Numbered from the stretch's first letter, positions 1 through 9,659 are shown. The stretch is 64,000 nucleotides of DNA from Minisyncoccota bacterium (GCA_036517115.1 DATDYB010000005.1:18970-82969); one strand, 5' to 3'. The notes: generated by a model from the sequence alone, not told the origin. A program made the numbers and translations.

Positions 1-618
1 TAAGGTCAATCGATATCCTGCCTCACCCTTATTCTTGTTCACATACCGGCCGATCTTGAAAATATCGGGATTCTTCCAAAAATAAAAAGTAACGTGCTCG
101 CGGTGTGAGGAGCTCGTGGCCTCTTTCCATGCTTTTTCAAGGGCCTCAAATGAAAAAACTTCCGTATCCATGCCGTCCGGATAGGTATAGGGCTCGAGAT
201 TATTCGATGCGTAGTCAAAATCGTGTTCTTTGTAGAACCTGATCGTCTCGTCAATAACCACCGGATCAATGAACGGGCAGTCTGAAGTCATCCTGACGAT
301 AGTGTCCCCCGTCTTCGCGCCGAACGCTTTCGCCGCGCGATAGTGGCGATCAAGTACGTCATGCTCACTGCCAACGAAACAAGGTTGATGTATCGTCTCA
401 TTGTATTCGATCAATGCTCGATCATTGGGATTTTCCGTAGTAGCAACAATAATTTTTTCTATCTCAGAGCTTTTTCCCACCCGTTCAAGCATGCATTCAA
501 GCATGGTCTTTTGCGGTGCTATCCTAAGCAATACTTTGCCGGGCAGTCTCGTGGAAGAGAGCCTTGCTTGGATAATGGCGATGGTTTTTATTTTTCGCAT
601 CATGATGTTATGAGCCAT
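1..618 (-). CDS. CMP-sugar (acylneuraminate/pseudaminate-type) cytidylyltransferase, C-terminus beyond window start
   Basis: I translated the minus strand by hand (the ORF track misses it because it runs off the edge): MAHNIMMRKIKTIAIIQARLSSTRLPGKVL...DCPFIDP. The IIQARxxSxRLPGK motif is typical of the CMP-NeuAc/KDO synthetase (SpsF/NeuA/PseF) family. The likely start is the Met of MRKIKTIAII (about 600), overlapping the stop of the upstream gene. Confidence 0.75.
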   Translation of the reverse strand, partial: MAHNIMMRKIKTIAIIQARLSSTRLPGKVLLRIAPQKTMLECMLERVGKSSEIEKIIVATTENPNDRALIEYNETIHQPCFVGSEHDVLDRHYRAAKAFGAKTGDTIVRMTSDCPFIDPVVIDETIRFYKEHDFDYASNNLEPYTYPDGMDTEVFSFEALEKAWKEATSSSHREHVTFYFWKNPDIFKIGRYVNKNKGEAGYRLTL

Positions 619-1645
619 TAATCAGGCCCTGCAGCGTATCGAGCTTCTTCTTATGACGTCTCATATCTTTAACGAGCGAGCCTTTGCCGTCCGCGATGCC
701 CACAATGCGGGAAGGCTTTTCAATGTTATCGACAATAATTTCTCCGTATTTGCCTAAAAGACCCATGGAGACCAATGTGATACCTTCATCCTCCATGACC
801 TTCCTGCCCATTGATTGGCCATAATGCAACTTAGTCTCAAGCAGAGCGGAAAAAATATGCTTCTGCGCGATGGAGACATCGGCGCGATATACCGTGTAGG
901 CATTGTTCTTTATCACACTCACAGTAAAACAGCCTTTACCCACGTCAATAAGGATCGCGGGACGACTCTTGTCCATTCCCGTAAGCGTCCGTTCATTAAC
1001 GATACCTTTTTTATCAGCGCACGCAATGACGATAGAAGCGCCATCACATGCGTCCCGAGCACTTTCAACTGCCGTGATCGAAGAAAGAGTATCCTTAGAT
1101 TTTATTTCATTCAAACCGTCGACAATCACTTTAAGTTTCTTTTGATCGGGACGATACGCCCGAATAGCCGCGCCGCGCTCAACAAACTTGAGAGCGATTT
1201 TTGAACCGAGGTTGCCGCAACCCACTACGGCGATGGTCGCACCCCCAATGTCGGCAACAAGCTGTCCGAGGATATAATCAACAGCTTCCATGGTCAAATC
1301 ATTGCCCTTATAAGTAATGATGTTTGATTTGAAAATCTTACTCCTGACTTCTCGTTCGATGTTGCCGGCGTCGTTGTTGCCATAATAGCGTTCTTTTATT
1401 TTTTTCTCCGCGTCTACGAAAACATAATCGACCATTCCGTCAATAATAAGGGCTACGGCGGCAGCGGCGGCTACGTCGCGCACAATTACTCCTGTGTAGA
1501 TGAGTCGTTCGGTTTCCCGGATTGGAATGAGATAATAGCGTTTATTGCCGAATGAGCCGGAAGTATTGCCCACAACGAAGGCGGTGTGTCTGCCCCGCGC
1601 GTCTTTCACGATTTTCTCTATCGCTCTGTTGATTGCTTTTTTCAT
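608..1645 (-). CDS. NAD(P)-binding Rossmann-fold protein of unknown specificity (dehydrogenase/reductase-like)
   Basis: 345 aa. Central glycine-rich dinucleotide-binding motif IAVVGCGNLGSKIALKF preceded by a ~130 aa N-terminal domain. Sits between the NeuB-like synthase and the cytidylyltransferase in one minus-strand operon. Confidence 0.4.
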   Translation of the reverse strand: MKKAINRAIEKIVKDARGRHTAFVVGNTSGSFGNKRYYLIPIRETERLIYTGVIVRDVAAAAAVALIIDGMVDYVFVDAEKKIKERYYGNNDAGNIEREVRSKIFKSNIITYKGNDLTMEAVDYILGQLVADIGGATIAVVGCGNLGSKIALKFVERGAAIRAYRPDQKKLKVIVDGLNEIKSKDTLSSITAVESARDACDGASIVIACADKKGIVNERTLTGMDKSRPAILIDVGKGCFTVSVIKNNAYTVYRADVSIAQKHIFSALLETKLHYGQSMGRKVMEDEGITLVSMGLLGKYGEIIVDNIEKPSRIVGIADGKGSLVKDMRRHKKKLDTLQGLINGS

Positions 1646-1647
1646 GA

Positions 1648-4050
1648 CTATATATGATCCCAGGTGAGTGGGTGATCCATTTTTAGGGATTTTTTAGCAT
1701 GTTTACCCACAATGATATCGATGTGTTTCGGCAATATTCCGCCACCAGGACCCTTGATCGAAAGCATGTCTGCGGTGATTTTTTCTCCCCGTTTGATGGC
1801 AACTTTGGCATAGAGGCATTTTTTGAACTTGTTGACGGCCTCAATTTCGCTTCCGACGATGCTTTTTTCACCGCGTCCCTCAATAACCGGTATAAGATTG
1901 CTCAAACGCACCAGCTCCCGCATTTCTTCCACATCTGAAGAAAGGATGTGGTCGGGACCTTCCATAAATCGATCCAGCGTAAAATGCCGTTCGATTACTT
2001 GTGCTCCCTTGGCGATGGCCACGGTGGCGACGGTCAAACCGATGGCATGATCGGAGAGGCCTACGGGCACGCTGAAAACCGTGCGGAGCGTATTCATAAC
2101 CGAAAGATTCATATCGTGCGGAGACGCGGGATATGAGGAAACGCAATGCAGGAGGATGACATTCTTGTTGCCGGTATTTCGTATCGTCTGTATCGCGTCT
2201 TCGATCTGGCCCAGGGTGGACATGCCTGTCGACACGATCATAGGTTTTCCCGTCTCGGCGACCCTTCTTATAAGGGGAAGATTTACCAGGTCCATCGAGG
2301 AAATTTTGTAAAATTTACAGCCGAGCGATTCGAGCAGCTCCACGCTCTCAAGGTCGAATGGGGTCGAGAAAATCTCTATGCCTTTTTCCTCTGCATACGT
2401 GAAAAGTTGTTCATGCTCTTTTCTGCCGAACTCCAGACGATCAAGCATCTCGTACGTCGTCTCCTCAGTATCGACAAGTTTTTCCGCGTACCTGTTACCC
2501 TTCACCTCTTTTGAAATCCGATTCGCAGCCCGATACGTCTGGAATTTCACCGCCGAACAGCCGATTTCTTTCGCACGGTCAATAAGTTCCATGGCAAGCG
2601 GTAGACTGCCGTTGTGATTGAGGCCGATTTCGGCAATAATAAATGCCGGCGCACTGGCGGACACCCTCTTCGCGCCAAGCATGACCTCTTGGTTAAACTC
2701 ATACCACTCGTCTTTTTTTACGAGCTCCCGCTCTTCCTCGGCATCCTCTGAAGTAGCGAGCCGATCGGCAAGATCAAAACCTTTGACATTTAGAATCTGA
2801 AGATCGGCATAGTGAAAATCGCCCCCCGTGCCGATACCGTAGAGCTGTTTAAATGCCGAGAGCTTGCTTCGCACCTCAACAAGTTCTTCTTCGCATTCCT
2901 TGGTAAGAAGCGGGTACACATGTGGGAGAGAGATCATCCGCGTGTCATACACTTCGTTCTTTTTCGCCAGTCCCACAGTGACAAGATCGAGCACGGCGCG
3001 GTCGATGATTTTTTTCTCGTCTGTTTTGTCCAAAGCATCCCCTTTAGTGTACGCGATTTCAAGAGTGAGCACCGTCTTATTCTTTGGAAAGCCCGCGGAG
3101 CAAAATTTCTTCTGTTCGCTCACGCGATGAAAGATGATCTCCGGTGCATCATAATAGAGAAAATTGAACGTATCGGGAATGGCCACAGCTTTTTTAAGCG
3201 CCACGAACACTAATTTCGCTCCGCGATATTTAAGATTGTTTTTTATGCCGACATGTTCCGCCATGATCGGAAACGGGATGGTCGATACTACTCTGTCCGC
3301 AGGGGAAATTGGAATCTTTTCCCCATCGTTAAACATGAGGCTCTGTATAAGCCGATCTGAATGTTCAACACCCGTAAGCGTTTTTTGAAGAACGAGTTTT
3401 CCGCCCGCTTTTTTGAATTGTTCCGCCATCCTTTCAAGAATTCTTCCCGAACCGTACTTACCAACGGCGCTCCATTGGCCCGCATGAAAATGCTCGTCCT
3501 TGGTACGAAAATTTATCCGCTTGGGCGCCCAATTAGCGGTCATTTCTCCAACCGGCACTCCCCATAATTTCTGCGGATAACGGATGAAAAACGTCTCCAT
3601 GAGCGTGGGTCCGACGAGCTCGCGCACATATTCCGAATAATTTTTCGCCTTAGCTCTTTTGGTCTCGTCGAGATGAGCCAGCTCGTACAGAATCTTTTTC
3701 CTTACTTCTTCGGGGAACTTTTTAAGCGAATCGAAGGAAAGCGGATAGTCAAAAAACTGGTCGAACCTGTCCCCTTTGACATTCTTGCCCCAGAATTCGT
3801 TTTGATGGAAAAGGTCACCATATTCTTTCTTCCATATCTCTTCGAGATTTTTGTCAGGCGTATGATAGATGTGGGGGCCGTAATCGAGATTTTTAAATTC
3901 TCCCCAGGTGAAAGAGCCGGCAAGCCCTCCCACGGTCTTTTCCTTTTCGATGACGATGGTTTTAATACCGCGCCGAGCGAGACGGAGTCCTGTGGCAAGC
4001 CCGCTCATTCCCGCTCCGAGTATATATATTGTGCGTGATTTCTTTACCAT
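1648..4050 (-). CDS. fusion protein: N-terminal FAD-dependent UDP-galactopyranose-mutase-like domain + C-terminal NeuB-family sialic/nonulosonic acid synthase domain with SAF domain
   Basis: 800 aa. N-terminus YILGAGMSGLATGLRLARRG...DYGPHIYHT...FFIRYPQKLWGVP resembles Glf/UGM flavoenzymes. C-terminus IAEIGLNHNGSLPLAMELIDRAKEIGCSAVKFQTY is the NeuB/PseI/SpsE signature, and the terminal GEKITADMLSIKGPGGGI... is SAF-like. Confidence 0.7.
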   Translation of the reverse strand: MVKKSRTIYILGAGMSGLATGLRLARRGIKTIVIEKEKTVGGLAGSFTWGEFKNLDYGPHIYHTPDKNLEEIWKKEYGDLFHQNEFWGKNVKGDRFDQFFDYPLSFDSLKKFPEEVRKKILYELAHLDETKRAKAKNYSEYVRELVGPTLMETFFIRYPQKLWGVPVGEMTANWAPKRINFRTKDEHFHAGQWSAVGKYGSGRILERMAEQFKKAGGKLVLQKTLTGVEHSDRLIQSLMFNDGEKIPISPADRVVSTIPFPIMAEHVGIKNNLKYRGAKLVFVALKKAVAIPDTFNFLYYDAPEIIFHRVSEQKKFCSAGFPKNKTVLTLEIAYTKGDALDKTDEKKIIDRAVLDLVTVGLAKKNEVYDTRMISLPHVYPLLTKECEEELVEVRSKLSAFKQLYGIGTGGDFHYADLQILNVKGFDLADRLATSEDAEEERELVKKDEWYEFNQEVMLGAKRVSASAPAFIIAEIGLNHNGSLPLAMELIDRAKEIGCSAVKFQTYRAANRISKEVKGNRYAEKLVDTEETTYEMLDRLEFGRKEHEQLFTYAEEKGIEIFSTPFDLESVELLESLGCKFYKISSMDLVNLPLIRRVAETGKPMIVSTGMSTLGQIEDAIQTIRNTGNKNVILLHCVSSYPASPHDMNLSVMNTLRTVFSVPVGLSDHAIGLTVATVAIAKGAQVIERHFTLDRFMEGPDHILSSDVEEMRELVRLSNLIPVIEGRGEKSIVGSEIEAVNKFKKCLYAKVAIKRGEKITADMLSIKGPGGGILPKHIDIIVGKHAKKSLKMDHPLTWDHI

Positions 4051-4811
4051 ATCGTAAATCCGCCATCCACAAGAATATTCTGTCCCGTAATATATGACGC
4101 GTCAGAAGAGATTAAAAAGCAGATCGTGCCGGTCAAATCGGAAACACCAGCCATTCTTCCCAAAGGCGTTTTGTATTCGTATTTTTCGACGAATGAAGGA
4201 TCCTGACCACTGTATACCCCGCCTGGACTGATCGAATTGACTTGAATGTTATGCTTGGCGAGATAGGCTGCCAGGTATTTGGTAACGTGAATGATCCCCG
4301 CTTTAGTCGCTCCGTATATTTCAGAGCTATTTCTGCCCGAGTCCCCGTAAATCCTAAAATCCGGCGTCGTTATTCCGTAGATGGATCCGAAATTGACAAT
4401 CCGACCGCTTTTTCTTTTGGCCATTCCTTCCGAAAAAACTTGGGAGGAGAGGATGGTGCCTTTGAGATTGATGTCGATGACGTGGTCGAGCTCTTTCTCG
4501 GTCCGCTTTTCAAACGGCGTGTATACACCGACCCCGGCGCAATTTACCAACGCGTCAAGGGGACGCGTCAAACCGCGAGAAACCTTCCTAAGCGACGCGA
4601 GAGCAGTGACATCCATTTCCTTGTACTCGTAATCGGTCAGTTTTTTTTCTTGGAGTTCTTCTTTAAATTCCTTGGGAAACGTGCTCGTGGCATCGGTGAT
4701 ATAGACAAACGCTCCGCTTTCGAGAAGCGCCGTGACCAGGCCTCTGCCGATGTGGCCGCAGGCGCCCGTAATCAGCACGGTTTTCCCTTTCAAATCATAG
4801 GAATTTGACAT
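4044..4811 (-). CDS. SDR-family short-chain dehydrogenase/reductase
   Basis: 255 aa. TGACGHIGRG glycine-rich motif near the N-terminus and YGATKAG (YxxxK) catalytic motif. Confidence 0.8.
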   Translation of the reverse strand: MSNSYDLKGKTVLITGACGHIGRGLVTALLESGAFVYITDATSTFPKEFKEELQEKKLTDYEYKEMDVTALASLRKVSRGLTRPLDALVNCAGVGVYTPFEKRTEKELDHVIDINLKGTILSSQVFSEGMAKRKSGRIVNFGSIYGITTPDFRIYGDSGRNSSEIYGATKAGIIHVTKYLAAYLAKHNIQVNSISPGGVYSGQDPSFVEKYEYKTPLGRMAGVSDLTGTICFLISSDASYITGQNILVDGGFTIW

Positions 4812-4865
4812 TTTTGTATAATATCATCTCATTTAGGAACGCGCAATATTTCCTTTTTACCTCGC

Positions 4866-5110
4866 GGAAATTGCACGCGTATTCCCTAACGAGGTAACGT
4901 TTCACCGCAATATGCAAAAAAGTGTGCGTCATCCCAGTGCCGACATTGCCTAGCCGTTGGGGCTTGGTCCCCACGGTACTGGTGCCTTATGGGACATGCT
5001 CTGAAGAGCGGCAATGTCGGGAGCGGGACGGCCAAGTCTTACCAACTTTTTTGCATATTGCGGTGTGCTTTACTGAATTAACTCGTCAGGGAATACGTGT
5101 GGGAAATTGC
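4866..5110. repeat. extended intergenic palindromic element A (family 1): 21-bp perfect inverted repeat 4903-4923/5046-5066 (CACCGCAATATGC-AAAAAAGT ... ACTTTTTT-GCATATTGCGGTG) with nested inner stems, flanked by further imperfect inverted repeats
   Basis: Read directly. Same architecture (CACC outer stem / A6 / GC-rich structured core / T6 / outer stem) as elements at 14304-14407 and 23022-23088. Lies between the ABC exporter stop and the SDR start, so it could act as a bidirectional intrinsic terminator. Confidence 0.6.
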
Positions 5111-5115
5111 CTCCA

Positions 5116-6945
5116 CTATTTGATATTGTGCGTATTCCAGAAATATGAATTTTTATCCCGAAGCAGGTCCGCCGGAACGCCTGTCTCAATAATTTTTCCC
5201 TTATCAAGGACGACGATCCTGTCGGTGTTCATGATGGTACTAAGCCGGTGAGCAATGATAATGACGGTAAGCTTGCCGCGCAGATCCTCGATGACCTTTT
5301 GAATTTTTGACTCCGACTCGTTGTCGAGCGCGCTCGTCGCTTCGTCAAAGACCAGTATAGCCGGATTCCGAGCAAGCGCCCGAGCGATGACGATGCGTTG
5401 CCGTTGCCCTTGGGAAAGGGTGACGCCTCGTTCGCCGATCACAGTGTCATATCCTTGCGGCAAATCGGCGACGAAATCATCGATGTATGCCGCTCGCGCC
5501 GAATGTTTGATCCTCTCGTCGGTAATGGCTTCATCGTAGAAACGGATATTACTCGCGATGGTATCGTTCATCAGAAAAATATCCTGCGGCACATAACCGA
5601 TATTTTTTCTCCACAAAGAAAGATCGATTCCGTCCGCGGTACTGCCGTCAACCATGAGCCGACCTGCCTGGGGAGTAAAGAGACGCAACAAGATGTCGAC
5701 GAGTGTCGTCTTGCCTCCGCCGGATGGGCCGATGAGACCGATCATTTCGCCTCGTTTGACTGAAAATGTCACGTCGTCGAGCACTTTCCGCGAATCATCA
5801 TAGTCAAAACAAAGGTGATCGAACCGAATCTCTTTCTCGAACCTGAACAGAGCTTTTCCGTCCCTGTTTTCGGCCGCTTTTTTCGAGTTTTCGGTGAATT
5901 CCAAAATGGCCTTGAAGTATGGATAAGAATCATTGATGACGTGGATATGCCGTTGAAACTTCTGCACATAGAGAAAAATTTGCTGGATGAGATACACGGT
6001 CGCCGCCATAGCGGCCAGATTGAAATTCGGCGTCTTGTAGGCAAAAGCGAATATACCCATCACGAATATGAGTCCGAGGGGCTGCATCAAGGAAGGCGGT
6101 AACACTTTCAAAAGGGAGGCCTTGATCTTATAGAGCTTGAGGGTGTTGAAATACGAATAATCTTTGGCGATGATATTCTCTTCCACCCCCATGGACTTCA
6201 ACGTTTTCATACCGAGAATATTTTCGCTGATATGGTGCGCGATGTCACGATTCACCGCTTCCGCTTGTCTCGCGATCCGGCGAGTTCGAACGAGCAGCGG
6301 TTTAGCCACGAAAAGAAACAACACTCCGACCATGATGGTAAGCACGGTGATTGGAAAAGAAATATTGATCGCGACCGCGCTGTACATGATGAGGCTTGCG
6401 ACGACGACGATCAGCGCGCCGAAGTTGTTAAGCAGTAACTCGCAATACTCAATGTTGGTGAGCACCATGGTGTTCAAATGCCCGAGCCGCTCTCGGAGGA
6501 GGTACGGCCAGCCGGCTTTCATGGTGTGGCGAAGGACCCTCCGTCGTGTCTTTTCCGTATAATCCGCGGTGATTTTTATGGAGATATAATCCGCGAACAC
6601 CACCATGAACGTTTTCATCACGAACAACAAGACAACGAGGATAAGCAGATACTTGAGGCGGAATTCGATATTAAAGTATTCGAACGCCTGAACAATGGTT
6701 TTTGAAATCACGTCGTCGCCACTGTTGCCGTTTCCACTGATGAATGAAAAAATTGGAATAAACGCATTAATACCGATGCCCTCTAAGAGCGCGCTAAAAA
6801 ACCCGGCGACCGCGAGCAGCGTGATTTTCCATTTATACTCTCCGAAGCCTTTATGGAAGGACTTTAAAAATGCGAAAAAATTGGTGCGCTTGAAATATGC
6901 GATCAACATGATGTCGATAATACCCCGCTTAATCTTATTTGTCAA
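5116..6945 (-). CDS. ABC transporter, fused permease/ATP-binding (MsbA/exporter type)
   Basis: 609 aa. N-terminal multi-TM region, Walker A GPSGGGKTT, ABC signature LSQGQRQRIVIARAL and Walker B ILVFDEATSALD. Confidence 0.85.
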   Translation of the reverse strand: MTNKIKRGIIDIMLIAYFKRTNFFAFLKSFHKGFGEYKWKITLLAVAGFFSALLEGIGINAFIPIFSFISGNGNSGDDVISKTIVQAFEYFNIEFRLKYLLILVVLLFVMKTFMVVFADYISIKITADYTEKTRRRVLRHTMKAGWPYLLRERLGHLNTMVLTNIEYCELLLNNFGALIVVVASLIMYSAVAINISFPITVLTIMVGVLFLFVAKPLLVRTRRIARQAEAVNRDIAHHISENILGMKTLKSMGVEENIIAKDYSYFNTLKLYKIKASLLKVLPPSLMQPLGLIFVMGIFAFAYKTPNFNLAAMAATVYLIQQIFLYVQKFQRHIHVINDSYPYFKAILEFTENSKKAAENRDGKALFRFEKEIRFDHLCFDYDDSRKVLDDVTFSVKRGEMIGLIGPSGGGKTTLVDILLRLFTPQAGRLMVDGSTADGIDLSLWRKNIGYVPQDIFLMNDTIASNIRFYDEAITDERIKHSARAAYIDDFVADLPQGYDTVIGERGVTLSQGQRQRIVIARALARNPAILVFDEATSALDNESESKIQKVIEDLRGKLTVIIIAHRLSTIMNTDRIVVLDKGKIIETGVPADLLRDKNSYFWNTHNIK

Positions 6946-6983
6946 ACCTAAACTTTGAATTCTGGCCTGAGGTGCAACGCACC

Positions 6984-7976
6984 CTAGCGAACGCTCATCC
7001 TGCTTACGTTATCCCCCATGAGCGTCTCGTGAATATGCCGCCATTTCGCGTCATAAGGGAAATCGTACGCGCTCAACATTTCGTTTTTCTCCCGACGGTG
7101 CTCGGCATTCGAACTGAAAAAATGGGTATCGCTGAACGATTGCATGAATTCAAAATAATCGGCGATAATATTCTTTGATGTTTCTACCAGGGAGTGAGTG
7201 TTGATGAACAGTTCGATATGTCCGTATCGTGGCAATCCTGATTTCAGAAAACGCTGATAGTTTTTGAAACTGACAAAAATGATATATTTCCCGCCCTCAT
7301 CGAGGGATCGCAATTCCTCCAAAGACTCGAGGTACACCAGACCGTATCCTTTAGCCGATCGCGAATTCGATAGATATGTCATGGCTACGGAAAGCGTTTC
7401 AAACAAGTCAATAATAAAATATCTCGAGGTGTTGTTATTGAGCAGAAAAAATTCGCACATACCTCCATACCCTCCCCCGATCTCGCAAACATTCTTAATA
7501 GTGTCGGAAGCGGCGTGTGAAGCTATGAAATTGTTGAATATGGCATATTTTCTGATGTTAGCGTTAAAAAAGAATATGCTTGTCCCTTCCCGTTCCTTTC
7601 TTCGGAAAGAGTAATAGAACTCTGAATGGACGGGGTCAAACGCCGGAAACCGGAGACCCGAGTCGCATAAGAGATCGAAATCTCTGCGGAAGGCGGATGC
7701 TTGCTTTTTCTCCAGCAGCGATATTTTTGGCCATAGATATTTTTTTAAAAAGAATCCGACATGCAAAGTATCGTACGGGTAGGGCCTCGGTCTAAGGTTT
7801 TTTTCAGGCGGTTCAATAAGCCCTGCGCGAAAACTATTGTTATAAAAATGGAGCAGATCGGCAAGATCATGTCTGTCCGCTTGACGCGGATCCCACGTGC
7901 CAGTGTTGCTGAGATCCAGTTCGCCATCATATTTTTTTTCTATGAACGCATGAACGATGTCGGCAGTAATTTTCAT
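6984..7976 (-). CDS. hypothetical protein, possible class I SAM-dependent (sugar O-)methyltransferase
   Basis: 330 aa. VCEIGGGYGGMCEFF resembles methyltransferase motif I. Weak call. Confidence 0.35.
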   Translation of the reverse strand: MKITADIVHAFIEKKYDGELDLSNTGTWDPRQADRHDLADLLHFYNNSFRAGLIEPPEKNLRPRPYPYDTLHVGFFLKKYLWPKISLLEKKQASAFRRDFDLLCDSGLRFPAFDPVHSEFYYSFRRKEREGTSIFFFNANIRKYAIFNNFIASHAASDTIKNVCEIGGGYGGMCEFFLLNNNTSRYFIIDLFETLSVAMTYLSNSRSAKGYGLVYLESLEELRSLDEGGKYIIFVSFKNYQRFLKSGLPRYGHIELFINTHSLVETSKNIIADYFEFMQSFSDTHFFSSNAEHRREKNEMLSAYDFPYDAKWRHIHETLMGDNVSRMSVR

Positions 7977-8066
7977 AAAAATTTCGAGTATCTTAAATTA
8001 TAGCATTACGTTATCGCTCCATGCAATTTTCCCTTACGCATGGATTTTGTCATGATACGAAACATA

Positions 8067-8097
8067 AAATGTTGAACACCGAGTGTTCAACATTTTA
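8067..8097. promoter_or_regulatory. perfect 13-bp-arm palindrome AAAATGTTGAACA-CCGAG-TGTTCAACATTTT in a divergent promoter region (copy 1 of the AACACCGAGTGTT motif)
   Basis: Read directly. Sits between the divergent starts of genes at 7976 (-) and 8136 (+). Related copies at 22976-23010, 43428-43458 and 23230-23244. Confidence 0.5.
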
Positions 8098-8135
8098 TGA
8101 ATATTTGGCAGATATGGCTTCAGTTGCTATGATGC

Positions 8136-9659
8136 TTGCATATGAAAATATGCTTCTTTTTACAGAGACGCTTCGCGTCGATCGGACACGCGCTCGCGTG
8201 CAACCTGAAAGAGCGTCATGGCATCAAAGATTTCTGCGCCTATGTCAGTATGCGAGAGAGCTATGAATTTCTGACCAACCAGACGGACATCGCCTACACC
8301 TCACTCCTCTCCGACGAAGATATTCACAAAAAAATGAAAGACGAAAAACTCGATATGGAGTATCTCAAGAACCTCGAACGAGAATATGGAAACCCCAATC
8401 TGTGGCCGTATCTTTTCATCGACCGAATCGTCATGCACGGCCAGCTTATCCGCGAATACCCACACGACCGGCCGCTCTACACCGAGGAAGAAATGCTTCG
8501 ACTTCTCCAAGTTACCGCCAAGGAGATTATCGGCTTTCTCGATCGGGAGAAACCGGACGTGCTCGTTATCTCCGTAGTGGCTTCCCTTGGAAGCTCACTC
8601 CTCTATTTCATCGCTCAAAAGAAAGGCATAAAAACCATTAACCTTGAACAAACAAGGATCGGCAATCGCATCGCTCTTTCGGAGAGTTATAAAAATTTCA
8701 CCTGGGCGACCAAACGCGCTCGCAATAGAGAAGTGATCTTCGCGCCGTCAGTTATGAAAGACGCCCGCGCGTACATAGAACGGTTCCGCGCCAAACCGAC
8801 CGCATACAACTCGGTATACGATCCCGAAAAGAATCAGGTCAACCGCCGCTCGCAACTGCGATTTCTCCGCCCCGCCAATCTAGCATGGAGCATACTCTGG
8901 CACGCCAAGGAACTGTATCGCGATATCCGAAAAAAAAATCGCGATTTCGACGATGTGCGAATATGGTGGCTCCTGTGGGACAAAGTCAAACGCAAGGCAA
9001 GGACGATGCGCGGATATAACGACCTCTACAGCAGTGTTGATTGGAATAAGCCGTTCGCCTTTTATCCACTACATGTTGATCCTGAAATGGCCACCATGCT
9101 GCTCGCTCCGTGCTACACTAATCAGCCGGAGCTCATCCGCCAGATCGCTAGGGCGCTCCCTGTCGGCTACACGCTCTATGTTAAAGAGCATGTGGTGATG
9201 TCAGGATATCGGCCACGCTCCTATTACAGAGATATCGTCAAAATTCCAAACGTAAAACTGGTGCATCCGGCAGTGCGGGGATTTGATCTCGCCAAGGCGG
9301 CGAACATCGTTGTTACGATTTCAGGCACGGCCGGTTTCGAGGCCGTGATACTCGGCAACCCAACAATCACCTTCGGCGAAATATTTTATAATGACCTCTC
9401 ATTCGTCAAGCGGATCCGAAGCATCGAAGAACTTCCTTTCGTCATACGAGATCAGCTGAATCATTTCAAATGCGATGAAGAGGAGCTGACGCGGTATGTC
9501 GCGGCGCTTTTTGAAGAGTCCGTTGATGTTGACTATATGGACTTATGGCTCAACGCGAAATCAGATGAGGAGATCAGGCGCAATGCGGGAATAACGCGGT
9601 TGGCCGATTTATTGGCTAAGAAAATACTTGCGGTGACGGACAATACAACTAAATTATGA
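8136..9659 (+). CDS. Capsule_synth-family (KpsS/KpsC-like) polysaccharide biosynthesis protein, putative ulosonic/nonulosonic acid transferase
   Basis: 507 aa. C-terminal region ...LYVKEHVVMSGYRP...IVVTISGTAGFEAVILGNPTITFGEIFY matches the KpsS/KpsC/LpsZ pattern (KEHP...T.nST.G.EAl.lGkPv.t.G...Y). Confidence 0.5.
   Translation: MHMKICFFLQRRFASIGHALACNLKERHGIKDFCAYVSMRESYEFLTNQTDIAYTSLLSDEDIHKKMKDEKLDMEYLKNLEREYGNPNLWPYLFIDRIVMHGQLIREYPHDRPLYTEEEMLRLLQVTAKEIIGFLDREKPDVLVISVVASLGSSLLYFIAQKKGIKTINLEQTRIGNRIALSESYKNFTWATKRARNREVIFAPSVMKDARAYIERFRAKPTAYNSVYDPEKNQVNRRSQLRFLRPANLAWSILWHAKELYRDIRKKNRDFDDVRIWWLLWDKVKRKARTMRGYNDLYSSVDWNKPFAFYPLHVDPEMATMLLAPCYTNQPELIRQIARALPVGYTLYVKEHVVMSGYRPRSYYRDIVKIPNVKLVHPAVRGFDLAKAANIVVTISGTAGFEAVILGNPTITFGEIFYNDLSFVKRIRSIEELPFVIRDQLNHFKCDEEELTRYVAALFEESVDVDYMDLWLNAKSDEEIRRNAGITRLADLLAKKILAVTDNTTKL

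Noticed and set aside
815-1204. Plus-strand ORFs of 80-129 aa antisense to the 608-1645 gene, and the many similar 60-170 aa ORFs antisense to or out of frame with long genes throughout the window (e.g. 2146-2514, 5398-5763, 18032-18547, 29964-30395, 44883-45363, 48730-49245).
   Set aside because: They lie entirely inside longer ORFs with clear family signatures on the other strand or frame. They have no motifs and are low-complexity or Arg/Ser-rich, as expected for spurious antisense ORFs.
8067-8097. AACACCGAGTGTT palindrome considered as a LexA (Cheo/SOS) box.
   Set aside because: The symmetry is GAAC-N7-GTTC rather than the GAAC-N4-GTTC of Gram-positive-type LexA boxes, and no lexA/recA is in the window.
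8021-8266. 81-aa plus ORF spanning the palindrome at 8067-8097 (MQFSLTHGF..KMLNTECSTF..), and its counterpart 22992-23234.
   Set aside because: They overlap the divergent promoter and palindrome, and the downstream part overlaps the real gene start in another frame. The palindrome generates pseudo-codons rather than conserved protein.
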